From the NCBI GenBank assembly GCA_964016885.1, contig OZ024740.1, positions 342,860,001-342,924,000 of the forward strand: DNA of 64,000 nt. The letters are read 5' to 3'. Every line of letters starts with the position of its first letter. The first letter of the stretch is position 1. The notes under the pieces were generated by a model that saw only the letters and a list, made by a program, of their open reading frames with translations, searched no databases and had not been told where the DNA came from. Positions 36,976 through 49,689 of the stretch are shown here, in pieces. The position numbers and the translations under genes are program-made. Origin of the DNA: Eledone cirrhosa (lineage: Eukaryota).

Positions 36976-39086
36976 TATAGCGCGGATACTGGGTTGTATG
37001 AATGTAACAAAACGAGACATGGTTTGTGTATATAATATTTAATTAACGGTAGATAGAATACTTGACATGTCAAAGATAGATGTTAGAATTAAACAAAGTT
37101 AGTAGTTACCGTTTTGATTGCCAGGCAAACGCGGCTGGCAGAGGGCGCCTGGCTAAGGCCAGGCGCCTGTTGGCCAAATTAATGGCAGAGCCAAATGAGA
37201 GGCTCTTCGACCTGGTGCCGAAAAGGCAAAGAGAGAAAGGAAGCTTAAAGTTGTTAGTTTTATAGGGCACTGACCGGAAGTTGCAGAAAGGGTTCCACTT
37301 CCCGTCTAGATCCTAATCAAAACAAGGGAGACAACCACTACATAACCTCCCGCCAGAATTTTAGTGTATAAAAATCGAAATGAAAATATGTAGCAAGTTG
37401 GCGAGAATGTTGTAACAGGCATGAAAATTACGACAAAAGAATGTTTGGAAAAATCAATGATAGATATCAAGGTAGCCAACCGCTCTTGGCCAGAGAACGA
37501 CTGGACATCCATCTATCCATCACCCAAAGATACAATGTAATAAAGTAAAAGTAACAGAAGAGCTCAAAGTTCAAAATATAGTTCACAGGTGTGCAATCAC
37601 ATGACAGCAGGAAAGAAAGTGTGTTCCAGAGAATGAATGCAGATGGTTTCTGTTCTGTGGTATATCGTGAAATTTCCAACCTCCGAATGGATTTTCTCAC
37701 AGGAAGAGTGCTGCAAAAATAAATTCTCTGGCTTTGGTGAAGCTGTGTTGATGTATTGCTGTTGCTGTTATATTGCTGTTGCTGCTGCTGTTGTCTCGCT
37801 GAGTGAGCGTATTCGGTGTTTAAATTCACAGTAAAAAAATTTTTTTTTTTAGAAAAAAATGAGTTGCGCAAAGTGCTAGAAATAGCAGCCGAAGTTGATG
37901 GTCGATGTTGAGAATGCGTTGACCTGGAAGGGTCAAGAGGCCAGCGACCAGAGAAATAAGCATTCCTAATAAATGCGCGGTTATCAACGGTAAATTTACA
38001 TTGTAAATTTATAAACCGGCAAATAGAAGAATATAGCTTAAGGCTGAAGAATCCCTGGTGATAAATGGCGTGCGGCTGTCTGTGAGTAGAGACATCTCAG
38101 TGAATCGAGAATTTATGCTGCCTACACGTGCCAATACAAGGTTGAAAAAAAAAATATTTCTAACGCGCGAGAAAATGATAGTGCAATTTTGAAAGTGACA
38201 ATGATGAAAAAGAAAGGCTTCAATCAGCATAATTATAGGTGTGAACTTTGGAAAAAAACAAAAAACTTGAACGATGAAGAAAACGAAGAACAAAAGGCAA
38301 TGGTTCATCGAAAATAAATGTTCCTGTTGAAATGTTTTTTAAAGAATATCAAATTTCTTTTTTTTTTTTTTTTGTGTTTTGAAAGAGTTCGTTGTAAGAA
38401 ACGAGAAACATATATATATATCGTGAAATGTTTTTTTTGTTTTGAAAGTGTTCGTTGTAAGAAACGAGAAACATATATATATATATTGGTGAAATGCGAC
38501 AGTTAATTGATGCGTGAGAGAAAAAGTATGTCTGTGCGAATTCCACATGTGCGTGTGTGCGTGTCCTTGAGTATTTTCATAGTTTGTCGCTAAATTTGCT
38601 GTGTATTCGTAATGTTACTCACAAAACCAGATGTGCTATTTTTTTCTTTTTTTTTTGGGGGGGGGGTGACCCTTATAGCGATGAACGGCTGCGTGTTCGT
38701 ATCACGTCGGGGTCACCAATATAGCGCGGATACTGGGTTGTATGAATGTAACAAAACGAGACATGGTTTGTGTATATAATATTTAATTAACGGTAGATAG
38801 AATACTTGACATGTCAAAGATAGATGTTAGAATTAAACAAAGTTAGTAGTTACCGTTTTGATTGCCAGGCAAACGCGGCTGGCAGAGGGCGCCTGGCTAA
38901 GGCCAGGCGCCTGTTGGCCAAATTAATGGCAGAGCCAAATGAAAGGCTCTTCGACCTGGTGCCGAAAAGGCAAAGAGAGAAAGGAAGCTTAAAGTTGTTA
39001 GTTTTATAGGGCACTGACCGGAAGTTGCAGAAAGGGTTCCACTTCCCGTCTAGATCCTAATCAAAACAAGGGAGACAACCGCTACA
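36976..39086 (-). mobile_element. Non-autonomous LTR retrotransposon (Gypsy-type, tRNA-Trp primed)
   Basis: 367-bp LTRs at 36976-37342 and 38720-39086 with only two differences noticed; minus-strand termini TGTAGCG...CGCTATA; PBS TGGTGACCCCGACGTGAT next to the 5' LTR; purine tract GGCGGGAGG before the 3' LTR; inserted in (TA)n; no gag/pol ORF. Confidence 0.9.
38687..38718 (-). promoter_or_regulatory. Extended primer-binding site complementary to the tRNA-Trp 3' end
   Basis: Plus strand GGCTGCGTGTTCGTATCACGTCGGGGTCACCA resembles the eukaryotic tRNA-Trp 3' ~32 nt including CCA (recalled sequence, not searched). Confidence 0.85.
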
Positions 39087-40346
39087 TATATATATATATA
39101 TATATACATATATAAATACATATATATATATATATATATACATATATATATTTGCTTTGTTATATATATATGTATATATGTGTGTGTATGTATATATATA
39201 TATATATATATGTGTAGGTGAGCTCATATATGTGCATGTATGTGTATATGTGCGTGTATGTGTGTGTTGTCGGTACATGTGTGTGTGTATATATATATAT
39301 GTATATATATATATATGTGTGACTATACGTGTGTGCGAGTGTGTATGTGTATATCTTGCATACATGAGTGTGAGTCCATGTGCCCATACCCATGTGTATG
39401 TATATATGTAAAACACCTTCCACATCGCCTCTCACCTTCCCCCATCTCTGTCGTTCGCCACCCCCACCGATACTCCCCCACTCTCCATATTCGTGTCTGC
39501 ATGCGCGCATACACATACATGTGTGTACATATACATATGGCTGTGTGTGAGCGTATGCCGATATGTGTGAGCAAGGATGTACGTATGTGTTTTATGTTGT
39601 GTGTGTTTATACAACAATATATGTGCACATATATGCATATATGTGTGTGCGTATACGTATATACAAGGTATCTGTCAGACGAAGAGCGTCTAAATATGTA
39701 TCTATGTAAGGACCTGACGCCACCAATACATCCACCACACCACCACAAACGCCGCTACCATAGACAAAGGCACCACTACCACACCCCCACCCACACGCCA
39801 ACCCGTCTACTGACAATCCACTAACTTCATACCACAGCCCATCCCACTAAATAACCTTAACCACCACCATATCATCACATCCACCCCCACATACTCTACA
39901 CGCCAAGGCCAACCCACCACCACCACACCACAGCCCACCTCATCCACAGACCGTCACCAACATCTCACCATCACACCCACCCCCATATACACTACAGGCC
40001 AGTACATCGCCTTGATCCTTCTCACCAATCAAAACAACTCATTTTGTCAAACTCTTGAAACTCTGACTTTACCACATAGCATGTATTTCATTTTCTTATA
40101 ACATTTTAAGAGGGTCCGCCGAGCTGCCGATTATTGAGTCGGGTAGGATCGATATAGATCGAACCTTGAGCTGATCAGTGGTGAAACGCGCGTCACCTAT
40201 CAATAAATGCAATGAAGGAATAATCAATCGTCCTTTTTATCCTTTCTATATATATACATATATATATATATACATACACACACATATATACATATATATA
40301 ACAAAGCAAATGACACTGCACTGTGTTGTTTGCTTTGTCATATATA

Positions 40347-40377
<31 letters not shown>

Positions 40378-41479
40378 CCTTCTCTCTTATCATCATTCAT
40401 AAATGGACAGTTCTTAATAACTCAAGACCCACCTTGAATAAATCTGCAATACTGGCAGAAGCCCTTCCAAGACCTCACCTCCATCTCACTTGCACTTATT
40501 TTAATAACCTCTACCATCCCTTTCTCTCTGTGCTGCACAGCTGACCTTAAACTGTTCACAGATCCACAAAAGATATAGGTCTTCTAATATCACAAAGTAG
40601 TATTTTTTACTGGTTTGAATGAACAGTATAGACATTTGTGAAGGTTTTGCATTTCAAAATGCCAGGCTGACCATATTTTGTTTTCTTCCACTCTGTTTGT
40701 ATTTACTCCAGATGTAGAAATATATAACTTCAGAATAAAGCAGTATACTTATGAAGGCATCTTTATGGTAAAGGTTGAAGAATGCAAGCAGAGTTGTATT
40801 TTTTTAGAGTTGTCCTTTGCAAATGATTATCTTGCGTAAAGTACACTGTTTGTTCATTTCCCAGGTGGATGATAGGATACTGTTCATTATCTGTCATTAT
40901 CATCATAATTTAACATTTTCAACAATTTAACACTTTCATGGGTTGTCACAGTCCAAACCGAGGTGGATCAGAGCAATCCATCTTGCTTATTACATTCCAT
41001 ATTTAGCATGGATGTCCCTTCCTAATGCGACCACGTTTCAGACTGTACTGGTATATTTTCCTGGCATCAGCACTACCACTACATTGTTTCTATTTGATTG
41101 CCAAACAATATATCCTCCAGTCTCTCACCACATTTACTTTTAGTGTTGTAATGATTGTTCTAGTAAAAAAATAAATAAATGACTTGAAAATGAAAAAGAA
41201 ATGTTCCAGATGCAGCAGAATTCTTTATTGTTATTAATGTACTGTCTCAAACTAGAACTGGGATACTTCATTATTTGCATTTTGCTTTTTTAAAAGTATA
41301 CAGTGCAATATCATATCCTTTGCTGACATAATTGCACACATATTTAATTGACTTGACTGAGTGACAGAACTCAACGTTGATGTATGCATCAAAGGTGTTT
41401 GACAACAACAGTGAGTAGTAAACTGTAATCTATCTCTTGTCAATCTCAACATCCTTAATGTTTCTCATTATTAACTTAG

Positions 41480-41808
41480 GGCCCTTTATGGTCTGAGTTC
41501 AAATGCCGCCGAGGTTAACTTTGCCGTCGATAAAATAAAGTACCAGTAATACACTACACTGGGATAATTGCTGGCCTTGTGCCAAAAGTAGAAACAATTA
41601 TTAACTTAGAGCGGTGGATTGGCAGTATCGGTAGAGTGTCAGACAATATGCTTTGTAGCATAGAGTTACCTCCCTTTATGGTCTGAGTTCAAATCCCGCC
41701 GAGGTTAACTTTGACTTTCCTCCTTACGGGGTCGATAAAATAAAGCACCAGTAATGCACTAGGGTCAATTTAATTGCTGGCCTTGTGCCTATAGTAGAAA
41801 TCATTATT
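41480..41808 (+). mobile_element. Family A SINEs (one truncated, one full) in tandem
   Basis: GAGTTCAAATCCCGCCGAGGTTAACTTTG...GTAGAAACAATTATT; ATTATTAACTTAG repeated at ~41468 and 41597. Confidence 0.82.
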
Positions 41809-43618
41809 TACTGAACTACAAATCCTCTATCTTTGAGTCTTCTCTTTCCATATAGTAAATAGGTATCTTCACATGACTGAGTTTCTTTTATCAATTTCCT
41901 GATGAAAGAGATAGCTTTAGACATTGGGTGTAGAGGTTCACATGAATCATAAACTATTGTTTTTCAATGGTGCCGAGAAGTCTTTGGTTATTTATAGGAT
42001 CTGCAATTCCTGTTAATACAATTAAATCAAATTGATTGAAGTGGATATTTACTTTTATCTTGATTAGAATATGTTCATGTGGAAGGCCTCTATTCTACGA
42101 CCCTTTGGCGTATATTTTACACTAGTGCCGAAGATAACATACTTTATTATGATGTGCATCACTTTCATGAACTTCTGTTGAAAAACTCTGGTCAACAAAT
42201 TCTGTTGTGCTTTAGCATTTAAACTGGCCATATCTGGCCAGAATCCTCTCACCTCTTTCTGTTTAAACTGGCAGTAACAGGCCATTCATACTGATGTTAA
42301 GATATTGTTCTCAAAATATATAATAACAAAATCTCTAATCATGTAAGATAAGGCTTTTACTTGGTAGACAAGTTTGGAAAGACTGGTAGACAGACTTGGA
42401 ATGACTGGTAGACAAGGAGTAGCAAGGAACTATATAATAGTAAATATAGAGTAATGTAAATATACTGTCAAGTGAAAAGCTTTTCACTCACCTCTTTGTA
42501 AGCAGGATTGTAGGTGAAGGCAGTGAAGAGATCTGGGTTTTCATTAATTCTGACATATGTAATGACATCTTGGGTTCATTCATGCATATATTTTGGACTT
42601 TCTGAGAAACTGGATGAAGGAATACACAACTAACCAATTCCTCTGTCTCCATTATTGTTGGTACCATCTGTAACATGAATATAATTTCACATACAATTCT
42701 TTTTTGTGTATCTTTCTGTCTCCCCCATTTGTGTACATATTAACAGCATAATGATGGAATAAATTTTGACATGGTGCAAGTAATTGAAGTAGCTATTATG
42801 AACTATGAAGTAGTCATCATGATCATCGTATCACGTCCATTTTTCACGCTAGCATGGGTTAGACGGGTTGTCTCATTAGAGGCAAGTTGGGTCAGGTGAC
42901 TATGTCTTGCTCATGTAGAACTGTTTCTGGCTAGATTTCTACAGCTGGATGCCCTTCCCAATGCCAACCACATATATCCAAATCCATGGATAACTCAGTT
43001 TTTGTTCCGTGGATGTGTCAAAATTCTAAAGTGGTATCCGTCATCTCTTATTAACAGATAAGTGGATATTGAAAAACATGATAAGTGTCTAATTTATCCT
43101 CTTGATGTTGTCCAGATGCTTTAGGTCATTGACTCTTTATCCAGGCTCCAGCTCACTTATGATCAATACAACCTTATATACTAACATTTGAAACAACACT
43201 TCTGCTTCAAATGCAAGAAGTTTTACATGTTTTGATGTTGTTTCTCAGTTTCCTTCTGTCTACTCCTTGTTTGTTTGGAGAGATATGCAGTATGTGTAAT
43301 GCATGTTATTGCTGTTCTGTTTGTTGTCTGTTCCTTGAATATTTGGAAACATCAACATTGAGGTGAAACCTAGTGGTGTTTCTGCTTTCTAACTTTACAG
43401 GCACGTGAAGTACTTCTGCCAATATCACAGGTTTTTTATAGTGTCATCTATTCAAGATTGGACTTTAGTTATTGAAAACTGTCCATCTTATGAATGGTGA
43501 TGATAAGACAGAAAGATATGTATATGTATGTATATATGTAGCATCATTATCATCATCATCGTTTAATGTCTATCTTCCATGGTAGCATTTAGACGTATAT
43601 ATATATATATATATATAT

Positions 43619-44240
43619 GTATATCAAGTGAAGCAATGGAGTAAAGGACTCATGTTTATCCCTATAATTTAATGAGCTCAAAGGAAAATATTCCTGAGCA
43701 CTTCAAAATATAATATAGAGAGGAAAAAACACAGGAGAATGTGTTTTCAATTACAGCGGTAAAAAACATATAAACTACGAAAGGTTTGGGAAATACATTA
43801 TAATTAAAAGGATAAATTAAAATGAAATAACTCACTAAATCATACATGTACAGACTCACTAGGAGAATGTTTCACCATAAATTAGTGAAGGAATCAATTC
43901 AGCTCATGGATCATCAGCATGTTTTCAGCTGATATGTTCCTCACTACTAAGCAGACCTAAAATAACCAACCTTTAGCACATGTAAATAGAAAAAGAATGC
44001 ATGTGTGAAGCAGTAACTAGTGGTATGAATAGAACAAGAAGTTGCTAGAAATGGCAGCCTATAATCATTCAATTTAGAGTGCTCAACAAACAGATTCGTT
44101 AGGAGCTATATATCAAGTAACGCAACAGAGTAAAGGACTCGTATTTATCCCTGTAATTTATGTTTTTCACGCTACTGGTCTCATACCCACTGTAATTGAA
44201 AACACATTCTCTTGTGTATTTTCCTCTCTATATTGAATAT
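43619..44240 (-). mobile_element. ORF-less PLE pLTR-like unit with direct and inverted terminal repeats
   Basis: ATATCAAGT..GCAA..GAGTAAAGGACTC.T.TTTATCCCT.TAATTTA repeated at ~43621 and ~44110; 43710-43760 inverted at ~44187-44235; internal hammerhead. Confidence 0.7.
43844..43922 (-). ncRNA. Type I hammerhead ribozyme
   Basis: Minus strand ACAUG-CUGAUGA-UCCAUGA...UUAUGGU-GAAA-CA...UG-UA-CAUGU; GUA triplet. Confidence 0.8.
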
Positions 44241-44343
44241 ATATATATATATATATGAGTCCCAGGTTCAATTGGGGGTAACCACAGTAAGTCAGGTACT
44301 CAATACATTAGTAGAGTATATACAAAATTTAATATAGAAATAG

Positions 44344-44390
44344 CTTCTACAGAACTAGAACTGTTTCATTCAAAGGAAATCATCAGGAAA
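44344..44390 (-). ncRNA. Compact type I hammerhead within a ~140-bp palindrome (mutated plus-strand mirror copy ~44391-44434)
   Basis: Minus strand UUUC-CUGAUGA-UUUCCUUUGAAU-GAAA-CAG-UUCUAGUU-CUG-UA-GAAG; inverted repeat spans ~44318-44457. Confidence 0.7.
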
Positions 44391-44465
44391 TCCGATGATT
44401 TCATTCAAATGAAATAGTTCTAGTTCTGTAGAAGCCATTTCTATATTAAATTTTATATGTATACA

Positions 44466-44758
44466 GTTCAATTCTCAGACTGGGTGATGCGTTGTTTCCT
44501 TGAGCAAGACACTTTATTTCACATTGCTCCAGTTTACTCAGCTGTAAAAATGAGATGATAGGGACTGGGGGCCATATCATTCCACTGCAAAGTGGTCGTG
44601 GAGGTGCCACGACAAAAAAGCACCCAGCACTCACTGTAAATGAGGTTCGTGTTAGGAAGGGCATCCAGCTGTAGAAATCAAGCCAGAATCAGTTCCCGTC
44701 CCACCCTTGCAAGCAGGGAAAAAGCGGAAGTAAAATGAAATGATGATGATGATGATGA
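44466..44758 (+). mobile_element. 5'-truncated family B SINE
   Basis: Matches ~13355-13645; (GAT)n tail. Confidence 0.85.
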
Positions 44759-45479
44759 TATATATATTTATATATAGATATATATATATAGAGATATATA
44801 GAGATATATTAGTTAGCTCCATTCCACAACAGTTAATAAACCATTTATGAGGATGAGTAATTCCTGATGATTTCATGCGAATGCTCAAGCACAGAGATAC
44901 TATAAAATAGCTTATAAAATAGGGTGAAGATCCTTAAGCTATTTTATAGCATTTCAATGCATAAGCATATCACTATTCATATTAATTTTATCCTCTCAGC
45001 ACTTTGTAGGAGTCTGAGAGATCGGCTACATCTACATACATACATAATACATACATACATATGCATATATATATAATTAGAGTGAATTTTGTACGCATGT
45101 ACATAATATTGAAGAGGATGGTTATATACTATTTTACAGTCAAAAGTAAACATTTTCCATTTAAAATTTTTAAAATATCCATTGGAAAGTAGAACATTTT
45201 TATTTAATGAACACAACACATCTTTTAGACCAGACTCAGAATCTAAACAGTGGTATAGATAACAATTAATTCTCAAAATAATTTACAATTAACTCAATTA
45301 AATGAAACAAATAAAATGGTGAATTCAGATAATGGTATTCAAATAAACAATATTGGTAACATTAATCTTGATACTGTAGTTGGCAATTCATTAATTTTAA
45401 ATAATTTGACAGCTGAAGCATTCAACACTCAGGAAAATTTGATTATCACACAAAACAAGACATCTGAAAACATAATTTA

Positions 45480-46083
45480 AAGCTGTATATAGCTATGGTG
45501 CGGCCACACTTAGAATTTGCATCACCAGTCTGGAACCCCTATCTTGCTCAGAACATTGACCGCCTGGAAACTGTTCAGAGACATGCAACCAAGCGAATAC
45601 CCTCCATCATGCATCTACCATACTCTGAATGCCTCGCTTCCCTGGGCATGGATACATTGAGGCTCTGACGCCTGGCAACTGACTTGGTAAACACCCACAA
45701 AATTATTAACCATCTTGCCAACAACAACCCTGAGTACCTTTTTGATTTCCATGTGTCTAAAACAAAGTCAGAAAACAGCACAGCTTCCATGACTTTCGGA
45801 AACATTTTTTCATGCTCAGAGTTGCTGAAGCATGGAACAAACTACCTGCATCAGTTATTAGCTGTCGAGACACTGCATCCTTTAAAACCTCCATGCTTTC
45901 TGAGATTCGCCAACATTACACCTAATGTTCCCCCTCCATACACACGCACACATGTATATCACGACTCATACACTATTCACTTCCCTGACATTTGTATATT
46001 ATTCTATGTACTATACATGCACCTTTGACGAGTTGTAGTGCACCTGAGCACTGTACACAATAATGTCATTATTATTATAATAA
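45480..46083 (+). mobile_element. CR1-like LINE 3' fragment
   Basis: VRPHLEFASPVWNPY remnant; near reverse complement of 57600-58215; (ATT)n tail. Confidence 0.88.
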
Positions 46084-46476
46084 TTTGCTATGAAAATAAT
46101 AAAAAAAATGGGAAATACAGATGGTAATCCATAAATAAAACATCTTGCTCAGTATAATTCTATTTTAAATGAGAAAATAAGGCAATTAATACACGTGATA
46201 ATTGAACAATCTGGTGCAGCTGCACCTAGACTTGGTATAAAATATAGTTCAGCATGAAAAATAAAGGAGTGTAAGTGTAATTCCAAAACCAAAACGTTAA
46301 TGAAAAGAGGGGAAAATGTAACAGTTTTAACTAAAAAAGTGGTGAATATTATCTAGGATTTTGTTGAAACAAACCCACAATGAACTTTAGAAGAAATAAA
46401 GTATAAAGTGGAATCAGAAGTTAAAAATGTTTCGATTTCAAAAACTAAAAGATTTTAAACTCGAAAAATGTTCTTC

Positions 46477-46605
46477 TTTCCATTGGAAAATTTTTACTTT
46501 TCATTGGAAAATATCTACTGTTCATTGGAAAATGTTTACTTTTCATTGGAAAATGTTTACTTTTCATTGGAAAATGGTTACTTTTCATTCGAAAATTTCT
46601 ACTTC
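46477..46605. repeat. 21-bp minisatellite (~6 copies)
   Basis: TTTCATTGGAAAATGTTTACT units; translated as repeated FHWKMFT. Confidence 0.92.
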
Positions 46606-46870
46606 TGACTGAAAAATGATAAATACACTCATACATCTGACTGTAAAACATTAACATTAACTAAATAAGCACTCAATAGATGTGAGCAGAGTATAAGTTT
46701 TATTTTTTGATGAAAATGGTGAAAGTGACTTTGAAGTCTCAGTTGTGTTTCATCTTCTAACTACAACTTGCCATTTTAAAAAATTATGTGTTTAGTTCTA
46801 GTGATTGGATGTTACCTCTGATTAGTAGATGGGGTTAAAAAATTGTGTTCATAATAGGGGGTGTTTGTAT

Positions 46871-48028
46871 TCATCATCATCATCATCATCATCATCATTT
46901 TACGTCCGCTTTTCCCTGCTTGCAAGGGTGGGACGGGTCTTATTCAGCACAGCATCTCTCCACTCGTCACGGTCCCTCGTCATCTCCACCGTGAGCTTCA
47001 ATGATCTGAGGTCTGTTCTCACCACCTCCGCCCATGTTTTTCGTGGTCTACCTCTACCACGTCTTCCTTCAACTGGCATTTCCTGGCACTTCTTCACCCA
47101 TCGGTCATCCTCCATGCGCATCACATGTCCATACCACCTCAGTCTCCTCTCCCGTACACTACATTCTATCCCTCTCAGACACAGTTTCTCTCTCAACACA
47201 TTTATGCTGGGTCGTTCACGCACATTTACACTGCACATCCAACGGAGCATGCTTGCATCATTTCTCTCCAGCCGTCGCATATCCTCTGCGGTTGCTGCCC
47301 ATGTCTCACTACCATGCAGCATCGCGCTCCTCACACAGGCATCATACAACCGGCCTTTCGTACGCAGGGAGAAACCCTTCTTCATCAACAGAGGAAGCAG
47401 CTCCCTAAACTTCTTCCAACCCGTCCTTATTCTAGATACTATGGCCTCGGAACACCCTCCTCCCATGCTAATCTGATCTCCCAGGTACCGGAAGCTATCC
47501 ACCACTTCTATAGCGCCCTCTCGCATTTGAAAAATGTGTCTATCAGTGCGACTTCTACTGTCTAATTTCCCTGTACATCTACTGCATACATATTTCTCCC
47601 TACCTGTTAGTTTGCCTGCTATCCCACTACATCTCTTGTGTACTCAGGACCTGCATTGTGTGCATTTTATAGAATTTATGCCAGTTCCTTTTCTGCATAT
47701 CGAACATGGCCATTTCTCTGACGGAATCAGGGTTTTGTCCTCTTTTCTACTCATCAACACTTTTGTCTTAGCTAGATTTACTCTCAGTCCTCTTGCTTCC
47801 AACTGCTGTTTCCATAGCCGGAATTTATTCTCTAGCTCCTCTACTGATTCTGCTATAAGAGCCAGATCGTCAGCATAGAGAAGTTCCCATGGACAGCCAG
47901 TCTTAAACTCCTCTGTTATGGCTTGGAGGACTATAATGAACAAGAGCGGGCTGAGGACCGAACCCTGATGTACTCCTACTTGTATCTGGAATTCCTCACT
48001 AAACTCCATTCCTACCCTGACTTTACTG
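46871..48028 (-). mobile_element. 5'-truncated RTE LINE with intact 3' end
   Basis: ORFs 47644-48009 (GVHQGSVLSPLLF, LLYADD) and 46900-47526 (FRYLG, RRLRWYGHV, GRPRKTW) separated by a TGA inside the PHD finger; (GAT)n tail. Confidence 0.93.
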
Positions 48029-49689
48029 AATTATTAATTGTTAACATATAGTTATTAAATGTGTGTGTATATGTGTGTTTGTGTGTGTGTTTGTGTACTT
48101 CTGTGTGTCTTTGTTTGTGTGTGTGTGTATCTGTGTGTATGTGTAAAGAGAGAAAGGGAGGAGGAAATCCACTGCCTCAAATGAGGGATGGATGCCACCA
48201 CCCTAATAATAAAGAGACTCTTTTGTTACTACTTACTGGAGATTAGGTTTTTGCTCTCAGATTTGATTTCCATGCACATACTTCTGCCATATTTATGATG
48301 GAGTGTTTCCTGATTTTCTCTGCAATTCACCAATTGGTATCTGCTCTGGTATCTCTCTAATGCTAGCCAGATAGGACACCATAGATCTTGCTACAAATTC
48401 ACAGCACCACCCATCCACTCAATGGACATAAACACAACAATCCTCTTGTTTTTCACAACTCCTTATGTCTTTCAAAATTTAGACACTTCCTTTTGTGTAT
48501 TCTTTCCATGTTGCCTTTCCCTTGAATGGTAGACATAATCTGTTACCCAGTTTAATACCACCACATCACGCTTGAGTTCCTTTAGCAGAGTCCTCTCTGC
48601 TGTAAGCATTGGCCCCAATTTCAGGATATCTTCCTTTCCCTCTCACACCAGTCAAGGAGGCTTTAAAGACAGTCATTTGAATTGCTCTTACTTCTAAGAC
48701 TAAACAATATAAAGAGAAAACAGTAAGGATATACATCAAACTGGACTATGCCATAAGATCTGGCTGTTGTTTCATCATTGCAATATGGTTTAGTAATAAG
48801 AGTGCTTTGTCCAAATTTAGTTGCATATTCCAGTCATTAGCGCCATTTAGAAGTCTGGGTCTTGGGCTTTTTTGGCATTGTGTTTGCTCAAATTCCTTGA
48901 GGACACATCTCATGGTAGATTTTAGAGTTGATTCTTCTCATATTCACCATGATGCATTGCTGTTTTAGTTGGGTACACTGTAAGAAATTCCTTCCATGCT
49001 ACAAGAATATTTTTGAACAATGTGTAGCCTCTGCACTAATGGTAGTTAGTAGTGTCCCTCAGTCCCACCGTTTTAGATTGGCCAGAAATTGAAGCACATT
49101 TGACACTGATTTCAAAATGAATCACAACTTAGCTGGCTCCATTCTTTACTGTTGGTATGACAGTACTTTTCTTTGCTTATCTTTATCTGATACAGCCCAT
49201 GTGCTTTGGCTTCTTAACATCACTACTTAACATCACATGCTCTTCTTCTTTGTGATGGTGAATGTGTCTGGTTATGATATCTTATTTGTCCTTGTTATTC
49301 TAGAAGGATATCTATTTATTCCTTATAAGTTCCAGTTCGCCCTGGGTGCTAAACAACTTAACTGATTCATCCATCCTTCCAGCACTTGACAGTGCTGTTA
49401 GATGGCATGGACCTGCCTCTCCAGGTGCCAAGTTGCCAGCCTACAGACCTTTTCTGGTTGGTTTTTGTTCCCGTCATCAACTCATATTTCCTGAGAGCAG
49501 TGCTGATCACTTCAAAGTGTTTGGTTTTTGACACCCCTATGGCAACACCATCAGAATTTGGTGACCCTTAACAGGGCACATGATCTGGCTCCATCAGTTT
49601 TTATCAAGCCAAAGATCCCACACAACATGTGCATGCAGCTAGACACAAGTAGGTAAAGAAAGTATATATTCTATTCATTGAATATCATG

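Noticed and set aside
37080-37265. Duplicated 61-aa ORF (also 38824-39009)
   Set aside because: Lies within the two LTRs, antisense to the element; identity reflects LTR duplication.
38665-38718. tRNA-Trp gene
   Set aside because: No D arm or anticodon arm, CCA is encoded, and it abuts an LTR; it is a primer-binding site.
46477-46605. CRISPR-like array
   Set aside because: Contiguous 21-bp units with no unique spacers, eukaryotic context, no cas genes.
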